Assembly: GCF_044704955.1 (NCBI RefSeq)
Contig: NC_091980.1
Span: forward strand, 129,332,001 to 129,396,000
DNA from: Pristiophorus japonicus
Lineage: Eukaryota
Direction: 5' to 3'
Length of the DNA stretch: 64,000 nt
In this document: positions 40,904 through 54,691 of the stretch, in pieces
Layout: every line of letters begins with the position of its first letter
How positions within the stretch are numbered: the stretch's first letter is position 1
Notes under the pieces: model-generated
Told to the model about the DNA's origin: nothing
The model's database searches: none
The model's input: the letters and a program-made list of their open reading frames with translations, nothing else
Translations under genes and position numbers: made by a program

Positions 40904-43900
40904 TGTTATATATGTAAACTTGTATATACTCTGTACAGCCACCAGAGGGCTCATCCCCTGGAGTCCCAAGGGATTCCATAATCCCTTGTGAGCGCAGGTA
41001 TTTAAGGAGGCCTCACAAGTTGGAGAGGCGCTCTGGAGACCTGCAATAAAAGACTACGGTCACACTTTACTTTGAGCTCAGTCTCACTCTTTCTCCATAC
41101 ATAACAACTGGCAACGAGATACAGATAGCCAACGCAAAGATGCAGAAAACAGTGGGCAGCCTTGAGTAATTTTCTGAGAGAAATGATTGGGAAACCATTG
41201 TGGGTTGACTCGATCAATACTTCGTAACCAACGAGCTGGATGGAAAACAGAACGCTACCAAACGAAGAGCAATTCTCCTCACTGTCTGTGGGGCACCAAA
41301 ATATGGCCTCATGAAAATCTGCTTACTCCAGCGAAACCCACGAAGAAATCGTACGATGATTTGTGCACACTGGTCCGGGAGCATTTGAACCCAAAGGAAA
41401 GCGTTCTGATGGCGAGGTAACGGTTCTACACCTGCAAAAGTTCTGAAGGCCAGGAAGCAGCGAATTATGTCACCGAGCTAAGATGCCTTGCAGGACTTTG
41501 TGAATTTGAAGGACATTTGGAGCACATGCGCAGAGGCTTTTTCGTACTTGGCATTGGCCACGAAACCATACTTCGCAAACTTTTGACTGTAGAGGCCCCA
41601 ACCTTGAGTAAAGCCATAGCGAGAGCCCAGGCATTCATTGCCACCAGTGACAATATGAAGCAAATCTCTCAGCACACAAGTGTTGCTACAAGTACTGTGA
41701 AAAAAGTGATGTTGTTTTCAAATCGCAATGTACAGGGCAGGTCATGCATGCTTGCAGCTGCACGTCCGCAGATGTCTCAGAGTCCACCATCAAGGGTGAT
41801 GAATGCAAGGCCATTAACACCTTGTTGGCGCTGCGGGGGTGATCATTGTTTTCATTCATGCCAATTCAAAGGGTACAGTTGCAAGGGCTGTGGAACAATG
41901 CGGCACCTCCAACGTATGTGCAGGCGAGCTGTAAATCCTGCAAACCACCATGGTGCAGAGGAGGACAGATCCACGGAGGATCACGATGAACCAGAGCATC
42001 AGACCGAGGTGGCAGAGGTACATGGGGTGCACACATTCACCACAAAGTGTCCCCTGATAATGCTGAATGTTGAACTAAATGAACTCCCGGTGTCAATGGA
42101 GATGGACACAGGTGCGAGCCAGTGAATCATGGGCAAAAAGACTTTGGAAAAATTGTGGTGCAGCAAGGTCTCAAGGCTAGTTTTAACTCCAATTCGCACA
42201 AAATTAAGAACTTACACAAAGGAATTGATTCCCGTAATGGGCAGTGCTACTTTAAAGGTCTCCTATGATGGAGCATGGCACAAGCTACCACTCTGGGTGG
42301 TACCGGGCGATGGTCTCATGCTACTCGGCAGGAACTAGCTGGGAAAGATATGCTGGAAGTGGAACGACGTCCGAGCCCTATCGCCCGCTGACGACACTTC
42401 GTGTGCCCAGGTCTTAAACAAGTTCCCTTCGCTGTTCGAACCAGGCACGGGAAATTCCAAGGAGCAAAAGTGCAGACCCATCCATCAGAAGGCGAGAGCA
42501 GTATCGTACATGGTGAGAGAATGGATAGATATCAAGCTCGACCGGCTGCAAACAGAAGGCATCATTTCAATGATCGAGTTCAATGAGTGGGCCTGTCCTA
42601 TTGTCCCAGTCCTCAAGGGAGATTGCACCGTCAGAATCTGTGGTGATTACAAAGTAACTGTCAATCGTTTCTCCCTGCATGACCAATATCCGCTACCACA
42701 GGCCAGTGACCTCTTTGCAACGCTGGCGGGAGGAAAGATGTTCACGAAGCTGGGTTTGACTTCAGCCTACATGATGCAGGAACTGGAGGAATCATTGAAG
42801 GGCCTCATCTGCATCCACACGCACAAAGGTATTTTCATTGATAACAGATGCCCGCTTGGAATTTGATCAGCGGCGGCGATATTCCAGAGAAACATGGAAA
42901 GCTTCCTGAAGTCAGTCCCGCGCACTGTGGTCTTCCAGGACGACATCTTGGTTTCAGGTCGGGATCCAGTTGAGCATCTGCAGAACCCGGAGGAGGTTCT
43001 TAGTGGACTCAACTGCGTGGGGCTCAAGTTAAAATGTTCGAAGTGCGTTTTCCTGGTGCCTGAAGTGGAGTTCCTGGGGAGGAAGGTCACGGCGGACGGC
43101 ATGAGGCCCACCAATTCGAAGGTGGAGGCAATCGAGAACGCATCGAGGCCACAGAACGTGACAAAGCTGCAGTCATTTCGAGGACACCTGAACTATTTTG
43201 GTAACTTCTTACCGGGTCTCAGCACATTGTTATTGTCCCTCGTGAAAAACTGTGTGCTTCACTGGAGCTGGTCCAATGTCCCAGTGGAAATGCAGGAAGA
43301 GATAAAGCCGTACCAGTGGCGCAAAGATGAAATATCTATACAGGCAGACTGCCTTCTGTGGGGCAATGGAGTAGTGGTTCCCAGGAAGGGCAGAGACACC
43401 TTCGTTAGTGACCTCCACAGTACCCACCCAGGCATCGTAATGATGAAAGCGATAGCCAGACCCTAAGCAATGCACCCAGGGAGGCGCTGCTAAGTTTATG
43501 GTCTTGGCCCTCCAATCCATGGTCTAGGGTACACGTCGACTATGCAGGCCCGTTCTTGGGTAAAATGTTCCTTGTGGTTGTAGATGCGTACTCCAAATGG
43601 ATTGAATGTGATATAATGTCGGCGAGCATGTCCGCTGCCACTACTAAAAGCCTGCGGGCCATGTTTGCCACACACGGCCTACCCAATGTCCTGGTGAACG
43701 ACAATGGGCCATGTTTTACCAGTGCTGAGTTGAAAGAATTCATGAACCGTAACGGGATCAAACATGTCACATCTGCCCTGTTTAAACCAGCATCCAATGG
43801 TCAGGCAGAGAGAGCAGTGCAAACCATCAAGCAGGGCTTGAAGAGGGTAACGGAAGGCTCACTGCAGACTCGCCTATCCCGAGTCCTACTTAGCTACCGC

Positions 43901-44725
43901 GCGATACCCCATTCGCTCACTGGGATCCCACCTGCTGAACTGCTCATGAAAAGAGCACTTAAGACAAGGCTCTCGTTAGTTCACTCTGATCTACATGAAC
44001 AGATAGAGAGCAGGCGGCTTCAACAAAGTACATACCATGATAGCACAAATGTGTCATGCGAGATTGAAATCAATGATCCTGTATTTGTATTGAATTATGG
44101 ACAAGGTCCCAAGTGGCTTCCCGGCACTGTCATGGCCAAAGAGGGGAGCAGGGTGTTGCTGGTCAAACTTTCAAATTAACTCATTCACCGGAAACACTTG
44201 GACCAAATCAAACTCAGATTCACGGACTAACCTGAGCAACCCACATTGGACCCTACATTTTTTGACCCCCCAACATACACACCAGTGGCAACTGGCACCG
44301 CGGTTGGCCATGAAGCAGAACCCATCATCCACAGCAGCCCAGCAGGACCCACCACACCGGGCAGCCCAGCAAGGCCAGCGGCAGAGCAGCCCAGCCAGGG
44401 CACAATAGATGATTCGCTAATACCGACATTCACACCGAGACGATCAACCAGGGCAAGAAAGGTCCCAGATCGACTCACCTTCTAATTACACTGTTAACTT
44501 TATGGGGGAGTGTTGTTATATATGTAAACTTGTCGATACTCTGTACAGCCACCAGAGGGCTCATCCCCTGGAGTCCCAAGGGATCCCACAATCCCTTGGG
44601 AGCACAGGTATTTAAGGAGGCCTCACAGATTGGAGAAGCACTCTGGAGACCTGCAATAAAAGACAAAGGTCACACTTTACTTTGAGCTCACAGTGTTCAG
44701 TCTGACTCTTTCTCCACACATAACA
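40904..44725 (+). mobile_element. Ty3/Gypsy LTR retrotransposon, internally deleted; LTRs 40904-41106 and 44514-44725
   Basis: TG..CA LTRs, PBS TGGCAACGAG, PPT GGGGGAG, TSD AAAGT/GAAGT; two CCHC knuckles, MEMDTGAS, VFQDD, integrase; RNase H missing near 43230. Inserted in an L2-like fragment (ETLFHAFVTFSLDYSKALLA, minus strand). Confidence 0.95.
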
Positions 44726-45397
44726 GAAGTACGTGGTCTTTGTGATGGAAATGATATTGGATCAGATAGATTAACTGTGAGGAAGGCTGTAAGCAACTTT
44801 AGGACACAGATAAGTCAGTTGGCTCGGCAGATGGTTGTTAGATGAAATTTTAGGTGCAAAAACATGACATGGATAAATACAGTTGTAGTGTCAACATTTG
44901 AATCCATTCCTGCGGTGAAGGAGACACATGGGGATCCAACAGGATTTGGAGAGGATGATTGTTATTTGGTATTGAATGCACAAGTGGATATGTTTATGGA
45001 GGAGCTGTATTGGGTTTATTAATTGCTGTAACAGAAAGTGTTGAAGGGTCCGCGGGCAGGAGAAATATCTATTGTTCTTGCTTGGTGTTTTAAGTTAACT
45101 GCTTTGTGTGTTTAATTAATACATTTACTCCTTCTAGAAGGATTACATTTTATTCGAGTACAGTTCATGATTACCTCTCCCTTTAATGCCTTGGAAAACT
45201 TCTTATTCATGTAAGAACCGAGGTAGACAGGTTATTCAATCAAGAGAGAGACAAACACAGAAAAAATGTTAAGAACCAAGTTCAATCCTCTCCCCAAAAG
45301 GAATTCACACTTTCTGCCCCAAGTGGCCAGTGGCTTGTAAGTAAATATGGCATTTCAGCTGCATTTCCCAATCACCCAATTGTATTGCCTTTAGTAC

Positions 45398-46554
45398 TGT
45401 AAGCATCAGCGCAAACATCGACACAAACTTCAGGATTTTGGACTTTAAGTTTGGACATTGCTTTTCCATATTTCATTTACTGCAGAAGAGCTGACAGTAT
45501 GACTGGGACAGGCCTAGGCGTGTACTACAGGAATACACATCAGGTGCGTGGGGATAGTCAATGGCTGAAAGCAGGAACCTCATCACAGGTAGATGGCTAA
45601 TGGGTTCCCATTACATGACAAAGGGGCCCTCCATCAGTGTGTGATCAGATAATCTGGTCAGTGCTCAAGCTATCAAAGTGGAATGAGATAGCCCTGAACA
45701 CAGGAACCTCAGGACAAAGGAAGCTGACTCATTCGGCCAGACTCATTGGAGCTTTTATCCCCAGGAGGAGCCCAGTAACAAAGGTACAGGCCGGAGATGT
45801 GATTTATGCTCTTTAGTTGGACTGCCTCAGGCAAAGGACTGGTTTTTGGCACGAGGATTCAGCAAGCATTGTTCAGGTATAAGAAGTGTCAGTTTGCTGC
45901 CATCTCTCTCTCTCTTCGACACTTGCTTGCCTCATTCAATGCATTCAAGGACCGAGCACTCCATCTGGGGCGGAAAGAAGAAACCATCTTTGAAAAAAAG
46001 AGCACCTCGCTATTTCAATTATGACTTGGAAACCACAGCTTGATACGGAACCAGAAGATACACCTCGTCTGGAGAAGCAGTGAGTAAGGCAAAGGGGTAA
46101 CTGATGAGCATTATCCCAACCCACACATCGTTTAGACCACCGCATAGTGTGGAGGGGTGTCGTGTGACCCAACCAAACCTAAGGAGTTTAGTAGGGAGGT
46201 TCTGCGCGGATCATAGGCATACGCACAGTCTGTTGCACAGATTCAGTGGTGCGCTATTGGTCCAAGCAGGACTATTAGTTGTGGCTACTTTGCGATTTTG
46301 GGGGGGGGGGGGGGGGCACGCAGTGTTGTTTGTTGTGCTGTGTTTGTTTGTTTTATGCTAGCAGGGTGTGTTTTACAAGAAGCATGTGTGAGATTTAATT
46401 TGAATAAAAGCATTGTGACGGTTGAGACCAAAAGATCTGTCTATAACTGAGTATTCTGTTCACTGCTATAATTCCCGGGTCTCAAACTGATGTGGGAGGT
46501 GTTGATTTGAGACCACCAACCACTTCCATACCATGGATTCAGGGAGCTCCCACA
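45398..46554 (+). mobile_element. Unclassified ~1.15-kb LTR-like insertion (partial paralogue 62697-63617)
   Basis: Starts TG, ends CA, AATAAA ~150 nt from the end; absent at the homologous sites near 20530 and 22360; no TSD seen. Confidence 0.45.
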
Positions 46555-46857
46555 ATGCGCTGAGACATTGCTGGTCTCTCACCAAAGTCATTCTGTGCTA
46601 CTGTATCCACAAACCCGACCAGCAAGTCAGCAGCAACAATATGGAGTTTGGTTCCCACTGAAATAATATATATATTTTGGGATTGTTCCTGGGAATGAAA
46701 TAGTTCTACTCTAATTCATTGGCAAACTCTCCTTGCATTTTAACAAAATTACAGCAATTGAGAGTTTGTTGTATTGCATCAGTTACCATTGATGCAAATA
46801 GCAGAAAGACTACTTATTACCAGTGGAAACAGTTACTTTGGCCCAAGCTCCAGATCA

Positions 46858-47034
<177 letters not shown>

Positions 47035-47262
47035 TTAAGATGGAGCAGATATCAAGGAACATTGGAGCTTACCCCTCAGGAGTTTGGATTTTAATCGTCT
47101 TGAACTGGAGGAGTTAAGTGGTGCAATTGAAATCAATGGAATTACTGGATCATTTAGATTAAACTTGTGCACAATAGTTGCTGGGACACATGTACTAGTC
47201 AATGTCCACAATAGACCGACCTCCTGTCCTTTCCTACCCCACTCACCCCCCACAAAAAAAAC

Positions 47263-47492
47263 TGTAAATCCTTACACAATACCACAAATCCACACGAGGC
47301 ACATTATATGGACAAGGTCACTCCATGACCTGAACCTTTAATCACAGGAATAAGAAGTGATGACCCTGCATGGGACCTCCCTTTATATACCTGGATGACC
47401 AGGTGAGGAGTGTCTGCGACAAGTTCACCCCGTGGTCAAGGTGTGCATTTCTTACGTATATTCAGTATTGCAGTGTTGTTACATTTATGACA
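47263..47492 (-). mobile_element. Gypsy solo LTR in copy 5 intron 3
   Basis: Reverse complement resembles the 28509 LTR family; TG..CA ends; AAAC on both flanks. Confidence 0.85.
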
Positions 47493-49450
47493 AAACCCAC
47501 CCCAACATAAAGCTCTTGGGCAGAGATCTTTTGAAACAGCTCAAGGATAGCAAGGTTCCACCACCTCCAACTTATCCAGAAACCTACATGAGGTACTTAC
47601 ATGAGGGTCAGTGCTCCCAGTGGAGAGTTTGTGCAGATACAGCAGACTCTGGTTCACATTCTTCTCCATCTGCAGAGCTCTCTGCATCGCCTCCAGACCA
47701 TTGTTCCACTCCGCCTGCTCTGGTTTCTGAAGAAGAAAGTCACAGTTCCTTGACAATGGATTAAACAAAACACAAGTTTGAAGGAAATAAGGGATGAAAA
47801 AATGGCATCAGAAGTCTAGGATACCATGAACCAATGTGTTAGAATATAGAATTACTGCATTCAGCCATCAACCACTGGAGTCAAATTGATGAGGTGAATA
47901 GCAGATGGTTTTAAGCTAAATAAGTACACGAGGTTAAAAGAAATAGAAGGATCTGTTGCTAGATAAAGCAAGGTGGGAGCAGATGTTTGGAGCCTGATCA
48001 CTGGCAGAGACCAGTTTGTCGGAATGGCTGGTTTCTGTGCTGTAAATTGGAACCAACTGCTTTAGAATGTATTGGGAGCAATCAGTTTAAGGAGAGCCAG
48101 ACAAAAGGCACCTCATTTATTGAGCCAAACCTTGACGTCCACCAAAATGATCTGTCCTCCACGCCGATTCTGGAATTCGATTAGTTTCTCAGCGTGCTCA
48201 CGTTCCTCATGTGACTGCTCCTTGAAGAACTCAGCAAAGTGACGCAGGGCAACATCATCCCGGTCAAAGTAGAAGGACTGCAGAAAGATCAGAAAATTGG
48301 TTGGGTATCACATGGCAGATCTATTATTGTCACTATTGTACATAAAGCCAAACTCAATTTTGCTTCCTTCAAATAATTCAAAGTCTCCCTGAATTTCCAT
48401 GTACAATATTACACAAGCTCGCAACTGCCTACCGACTTCACTAATGTGGTGGAATGAATAATCCCCTAGCAATAGGGAAACTGGCTAATGGAAAATCAAA
48501 AAAGTGATTGGCGAAAGGACGAGGACCAGAGGTAACTTTTTTTAAAATGCATGGGCAGCTTGAAAGGATGGTGGAAGTAAATTAAATGGCAACATTTAAA
48601 AAAAAAGACTTAATATGGACAAATCTAAAGGGCTATGAGATCAAGCAGGAGAGAGACTAGTTGGATAGCTCTAGCCAACAGTCAGCACAGGCATGATGGG
48701 CCAAATGGCCTCCTTCAGTGCTGTAGTATTCCATGGTTATCAATTCAGCTTTGTTAGAACAAGCTCAAAACCATATCCTTAATCTTGGCACCCTATACTC
48801 AATTGTAGGTTTAGAAATTAGTGAAAGATTATTAACAGTACCACTGCAATCATGGTTTATTGAACCCAATCTACTGTGTATAGGCTAGCCAAGGGGCACT
48901 ACTGGAACTAGAAGTAAAGTAAAGTAGCGATTTAGTCACAGTGCACAATTCACATAGTAGATCTGGCCCAAGTGTTACTGGCTACATTCATCCCATGGAA
49001 GCAAAACTAAGCAGCATTCATTTCATACCTACAGCACTAAATATCAAGGCATTCCAGCAGACAACCATTACCACCCCTCAGAGTTTGAGGTCATCAAAGA
49101 AGATCAGGAGAAGCAGAGGGGTTGAGGGAGAGTTCCACCAAGTAGGGGGAAACATGGCTGAAGGCTTTACCACCAATAAAATCAAAAGGGAGTTTGAGAA
49201 AAGACAGAAGGGCAAAAACTGGTACCTAAAGCGAAGAGGTCAAGAACATTAGGAACAGGAGCAGGCCATTCAGCCCCTCAAACCTGTTCCACCATTCAAT
49301 TCGGTCAGATCTGTAGCTAACTCCATTTATCTAGCAAATAATTAGGAAAGCAAATGGTATGTTGAAATCTAATTCCTTTGTAACAAATGTTAAGAGTAAA
49401 GAAGTCTTGCTACAATTATACAGGGTATTGGTGAGGACACACCGAGAATA

Positions 49451-51007
49451 CATAAGAACATAAGAATTGGGAACAGGAGTAGGCCATCTAGCCCCTCGAG
49501 CCTGCTCTGCCATTCAACAAGATCATGGCTGATCTGGCCATGGATTCAGCTCCACTTACCCGCCGGCTCCCCAAAACCCTTAATTCCCTTATTGGTTAAA
49601 AATCTATATCTATCTGTGCTTTGATTACGTTCAATGAGCTCGCCTCAACTGCTTCCCTGGGCAGAGAATTCCACAGATTCACAACCCTCTGGGAGAAGAA
49701 ATTCCTTCTCAACTCAGTTTTTAAATTGGCTCACCCGTATTTTGAGGCTGTGCCTCCTAGTTCTAGTCTCCCCGACCAGTGGAAACAATCTCTCTGCCTC
49801 TATCTTGTCTATCCCTTTCATTATTTTAAATGTTTCTATAAGATCACCCCTCATCCTTCTGAACTCCAACGAGTAAAGACCCAGTCTACTCAATCTATCA
49901 TCATAAGGTAATCCCCTCATCACCGGAATCAGCCTAGTGAATCATCTCTGTACCCCCTCCAAAGCTAGTATATCCTTCCTTAATTAAGGTGACCAAAACT
50001 GCACGTAGTACTCCAGGTGCAGCCTCACCAATACCCTATACAGTTGCAGCAGGACCTCCCTGCTTTTGTACTCCATCCCTCTCGCAATGAAGGCCAACAT
50101 TCCATTTGCCTTCCTGATTACCTGCTGCACCTGCAAACTAACTTTTTGAGATTTATGCACAAGGACCCCCAGGTCCCTCTGCACCGCAGCATGTTGTAAT
50201 TTCTCCCCATTCAAATAATATTCCCTTTTACCGTTCCCCCCCCCCCCGCCAAGGTGGATGACCTCACATTTTCCAACATTGTATTCCATCTGCCAAACCT
50301 TAGCCCATTCACTTAACCTATCTAAATCTCTTTGCAGCCTCTGTGTCCTCTACACAACCCGCTTTCCCACTAATCATTGTGTCATCTGCAAATTTTGTTA
50401 CACTACCCTCTGTCTCCCTCTTCCAGGTCATCTATGTATATTGTAAACAGTTATGCTCCCAGCACCGATCCCTGTGGCACACCACTAACCACTGATTTCC
50501 AACCCGAAAAAGGACCCATTTATCCCGACTCTCTACTTTCTGTTAGCCAGCCAATTCTCTATCCATGCTAATACATTTCCTCTGACTCCATGTACCTTTA
50601 TCTTCTGCAGTAACCTTGTGTGGCACCTTATCGAATGCCTTTTGGAAATCTAAATACACCACATCCATCAGTACACCTCTATCCACCATGCTCGTTATAT
50701 CCTCAAAGAATTCCAGTAAGTTAGTTAAACATGATTTCCCTTTCATGAATCCATGTTGCGTCTGCTTGATTGCACTATTCCTATCTCGATGTCCCACTAT
50801 TTCTTCCTTAAATGATAGCTTCAAGCATTTTCCCCCACTACAGATGTTAAACTAATCGACCTATAGTTATCTGCCTTTTGTCTGCCCCCTTTTTTAAACA
50901 GAGGCGTTACATTAGCTGCTTTCCAATCCGATGGTACCTGTCCAGAGAATTTTGGTAGATTATAAAGAATGCATCTGCTATAACTTCCGCCATCTCTTAA
51001 TACCCTG
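49451..51007 (-). mobile_element. CR1 LINE 3' part in copy 5 intron 1
   Basis: (TTCTTATG)n tail; QHGFMKGKSCLTNLLEFF and YLDFQKAFDKVPH; absent from copy 1. Confidence 0.9.
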
Positions 51008-52108
51008 TGTACAGTTCTGGTTTCCTGACCAAACAAAGGACATACTTGCCTTAGAGGTGGAACAAAGGTTCACTAGACTTGTTCCTGGAATGAGGAGATG
51101 GCCCTATGTAGAGAGATTGAGTAGACTGGGCCAATGTTCTAGAGTTTAGTAGAATGAGGTGCAAATCTAATTCTTGAGGGGCTTGACAGGGTTAATGCAG
51201 AAATAATGTTTACCCTAACTGGAGAAATCTAGAACCAGGGGGTCACAGTCTGAGAATAAGAGGTGGGCCATTAAAGACTGAGAGGAGTTGAAATTTCTTC
51301 ACTCAGAGGACTGTGGATGCTCAGTCATTGAGTATATTCAAGACAGAGTTCAATCGACTTTTGGGAATGAAATAAATTATGGACTATGGGGATAGTGCGT
51401 GAAGGTGGAATTCAGGGAGAAGATCAGCCAAATGGCCTACTCCTATTTCTTATATTCTAATCCCTTAATCCCCTTACCCAACAAAAACCTTGCCTTGGCA
51501 ACCACAGCGTTGGGTGGGTGGAATGTGGAAAGCAGAGAGAGAGAGAGAGAGAGAGAGAGAGTGTATATGTTCCAGTCCACCACAAATGAGAAAAATTGCT
51601 TCCCGACTTCCCCCCCCTAAATGGTCTGGTTCTAATTTGAAGACTGAATCCCCTCATTGCAAAAAGCAAGGTAGGGAAAGGCTATGGAGTGATTTAGAAA
51701 TGAGGATGGGAATTCTGAATTGCATACATTGAATGCAGGGTGTATTCCAAATAAACTTCAACTACAAGCTCACAAGAGCCCAGGAAAGAAAGTCATCAAG
51801 ATTCTCCAAATATGGCTCAGGTACTGCATGGAACAGAGAGGCAGTTTGTTAATGAATACACAAGGTGATAATTTCTATTATAGTATAGATTTAACAAATT
51901 AATTCACTGTGCATCAAGTGGGCAGGATACAGCATAGAATCTAGTAAATTCACATTGCAGAGGTTCCATTGTGAAGTGCTCAGAAATACGAGACTTAAAC
52001 ATAGGAGGAACAGAGCTCCATGTTGACCTGCTGGTTAACAGCAGCCTCACAGTCCTTGTGGTAGTTCTGACACACTTGAGAAGCCATCCTAATTTGCTTT
52101 TCCAAAAA

Positions 52109-52132
52109 TCTAAACCTTGTTGAAGCAAGAAA
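52109..52132 (-). promoter_or_regulatory. Degenerate IRE remnant in copy 5 5' UTR
   Basis: TTTCTTGC-TTCAA-CAAGGT-TTAGA at the homologous position. Confidence 0.7.
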
Positions 52133-52160
52133 CTGGGAATTAGTTAATTGCAAACTCCTA

Positions 52161-52278
52161 TATTTATACTGCTGGATAATCCAGGGCGGGACAGCCCAGC
52201 TGTGAGTGACATTCCTCAATACCCAATCACAAGTTGCAGTCTCTGTCAGAGCACCAATCAAGTGAAGGGAGGCGGGGC
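52161..52278 (-). promoter_or_regulatory. Copy 5 core promoter
   Basis: TATAAATA at 52161-52168, two CCAAT boxes and GGGAGGCGGGGC, as in copy 1. Confidence 0.65.
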
Positions 52279-54477
52279 CATGACTCCAGAGCCAGTCATG
52301 AACTTTGAAGAATGAGCATCATTGTTTGACCCTTCTTTTTGCCAGCAACTGTCAATTTAAAGTCAAGCATGGTCCCCTGTTTAAAGGCACACAACTATCT
52401 TTGTTGAAACTAATAATCAAGTGCCCCCTGATTAAAGGGGGTGCACACTCCAAAAACTTTTCAAGTGTCCCTTTTTTTTTGTTTTTTTTAGGGCATTGAA
52501 ACACAAATTATACAAGTGACCCCTGGCTAAAAGTGTGGGGTGGGGGGCGGGGGCACTAAAACCGGCACAGTAAACGAATTAAACTTTAAACAACAGTAAT
52601 CAAATTAAAATTTGGTTGCCAGGGGTGATAATGCACTCCAGTCCCTTCGGCACCCACCTCTCACAGAAGGCCGTGAGCGTACCGGTGGACACCGCGTGCT
52701 CCATCTCCGGTTGCGAACATAGCCATGGAAGAGAGGCGTACAGTCGGGCAATACGACGACCTCGAACGGCCGCTGGCGTGCCTTGTTGATGGCCCACTTA
52801 CCCAGATTAGTTGAATCCTCCGTTGTTTGCGAGTCAGTGTCTTTTTAATAGTTCTGCACGGTTCAGTGGGTTGGTCATTTTCAGGTATCTGTAGATGCAA
52901 CATCCAAAGACAGAGCAGTGAGTCTGCAAAGCAACCGACAGCGGGTCAGGTGAACGGACAGTTCGTGAAATGAATGTGACAAGCGTAAGTGCTCAGATAC
53001 TCCATCACTTCCAAGTTCAGTGAGCACCTGTACACACAGGAGCTAGAATGTGGCGCGGACCGTGGGATTTTGAATTCTTATGATGTTACCATGACATTTT
53101 ACAAGCAATAAAATGGACTGCTGTCCAAAAAGAAAGAAAGACTTGCATCCGATTATCTCCTTGCACCTGGACTTCATTGTGGCAGCCTTGGGAACGCATA
53201 TCCACTTAGAAAGAAGAAAGAATTCCATTTATATAGCCCTTTCACGGCCGCAGGATGTCTCAAAGCTCTTAACAGCCAATCAAGTTCAGCAGTGTGTTAA
53301 TAACCAGAGAATCTGTTTTGGTTAGGGATAGATATTGTCAAGGACACTGGAGAGATCACATCCTGCGCTTCTTCGAAATAGCATCCTGAGATCTTTGACG
53401 TCCATCTAAGAGAGCAGATGGTCTAGCGTCTCATTTTAAAGATAGCACCTCCGATAGTGCAGCGCTCTCGCAGTACTGCCCCCTCCGACAGTGCAGCGTT
53501 CCCTCAATACTGCCTGTCTGCATTTCCTCAGTATTGTATGAGTGTGTGTGTGTGTGTGTGTGTGTGAAGGCAGGGTCATTGAATACATTTAAGGTGGAGA
53601 TAGATAGCTATTTGAGAGATAGTGGAGTCAAGGGTTATGGGGAACAGGCAGGAAAGTGGAGTTGAGGCCAAGATCAGACCAGCCAGCATCTTATTGAATG
53701 GGGGAGCAGGCACGAGGTGACAAATGGCATACGCATGTTATGTAAATCTCTCTGCCTCCTTTAAGACACTAAAATCTACTTGTGGTCCCACTGCCTTATG
53801 TGGCTGAACACACATGAACATTTTCAGCTGTTGTATTACAGTATTGCAACACTAGATTGAAATGCATGAATAGAATTTGCATGATATACTGTTATGTATT
53901 AATGTTTGGGGGTCACCAGACACCAGAGCCACGGTCGGACGTCATCGGGCTGTATGCATGTGTGCTTGGTCACCTGTATATAAGCTGGGTGTCTTTGTCA
54001 CTCTGGTACTCTTGGGCTGGAATAAAGATGGATCAGGTTGCACCTGAGTGAATTTACAGTAACCAGACTTTTGAGTCATTATATATACAAAGAATTGAAA
54101 TTAGGTCTTCAACATGTCTGAATAGCTATCGTAGATTGGGTATTGTGCAATGAGAAGGGGTTACTTAATAGTCTTGTTGTGCGGGGTCCTTTAGGGAAGA
54201 GTGACCATAACATGATTGAATTCTTCATGAAGATGAAAAGTGAAGTAGTCCAAGCCAAAACCAGGGTCCTAAATCTAAACAAAGGAAACTACGAAGGTAT
54301 GAGGAATGGCTATGATAGTTTGGGAAGAGTGATTAAAAGGCATGAGGTGGACAGTCAATGGATAACATTTAAGGAACGAATGCATGAATTGCATTGACAC
54401 AAAAACACAAAAGGAAAAGTGGCCCAACCATGGTTTACAAAAGAAATTAAGGATAGTATTCAATTCAAAGAGGAGTC

Positions 54478-54691
54478 TGTTATGTATTTAACCCTTTGTA
54501 ACCTGCATTACACCTGACCACAGAGGGCCCACCTGTTGGAGTCCCAAGGGATCCCAGCATCCCTTGGGAGCACAGTATATAAGCAGACCACCCACGAGGT
54601 ACCTGCACTCTGTAATCTTATTAAAGGAGCTACGGTCACACTAGCTCTTTATACACAGTTCTCAGTCTCACTGTTTATTATGAGTGTAACA
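54478..54691 (+). mobile_element. Gypsy solo LTR
   Basis: TGTTA...TAACA with perfect 5-bp TSD GAGTC. Confidence 0.9.
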
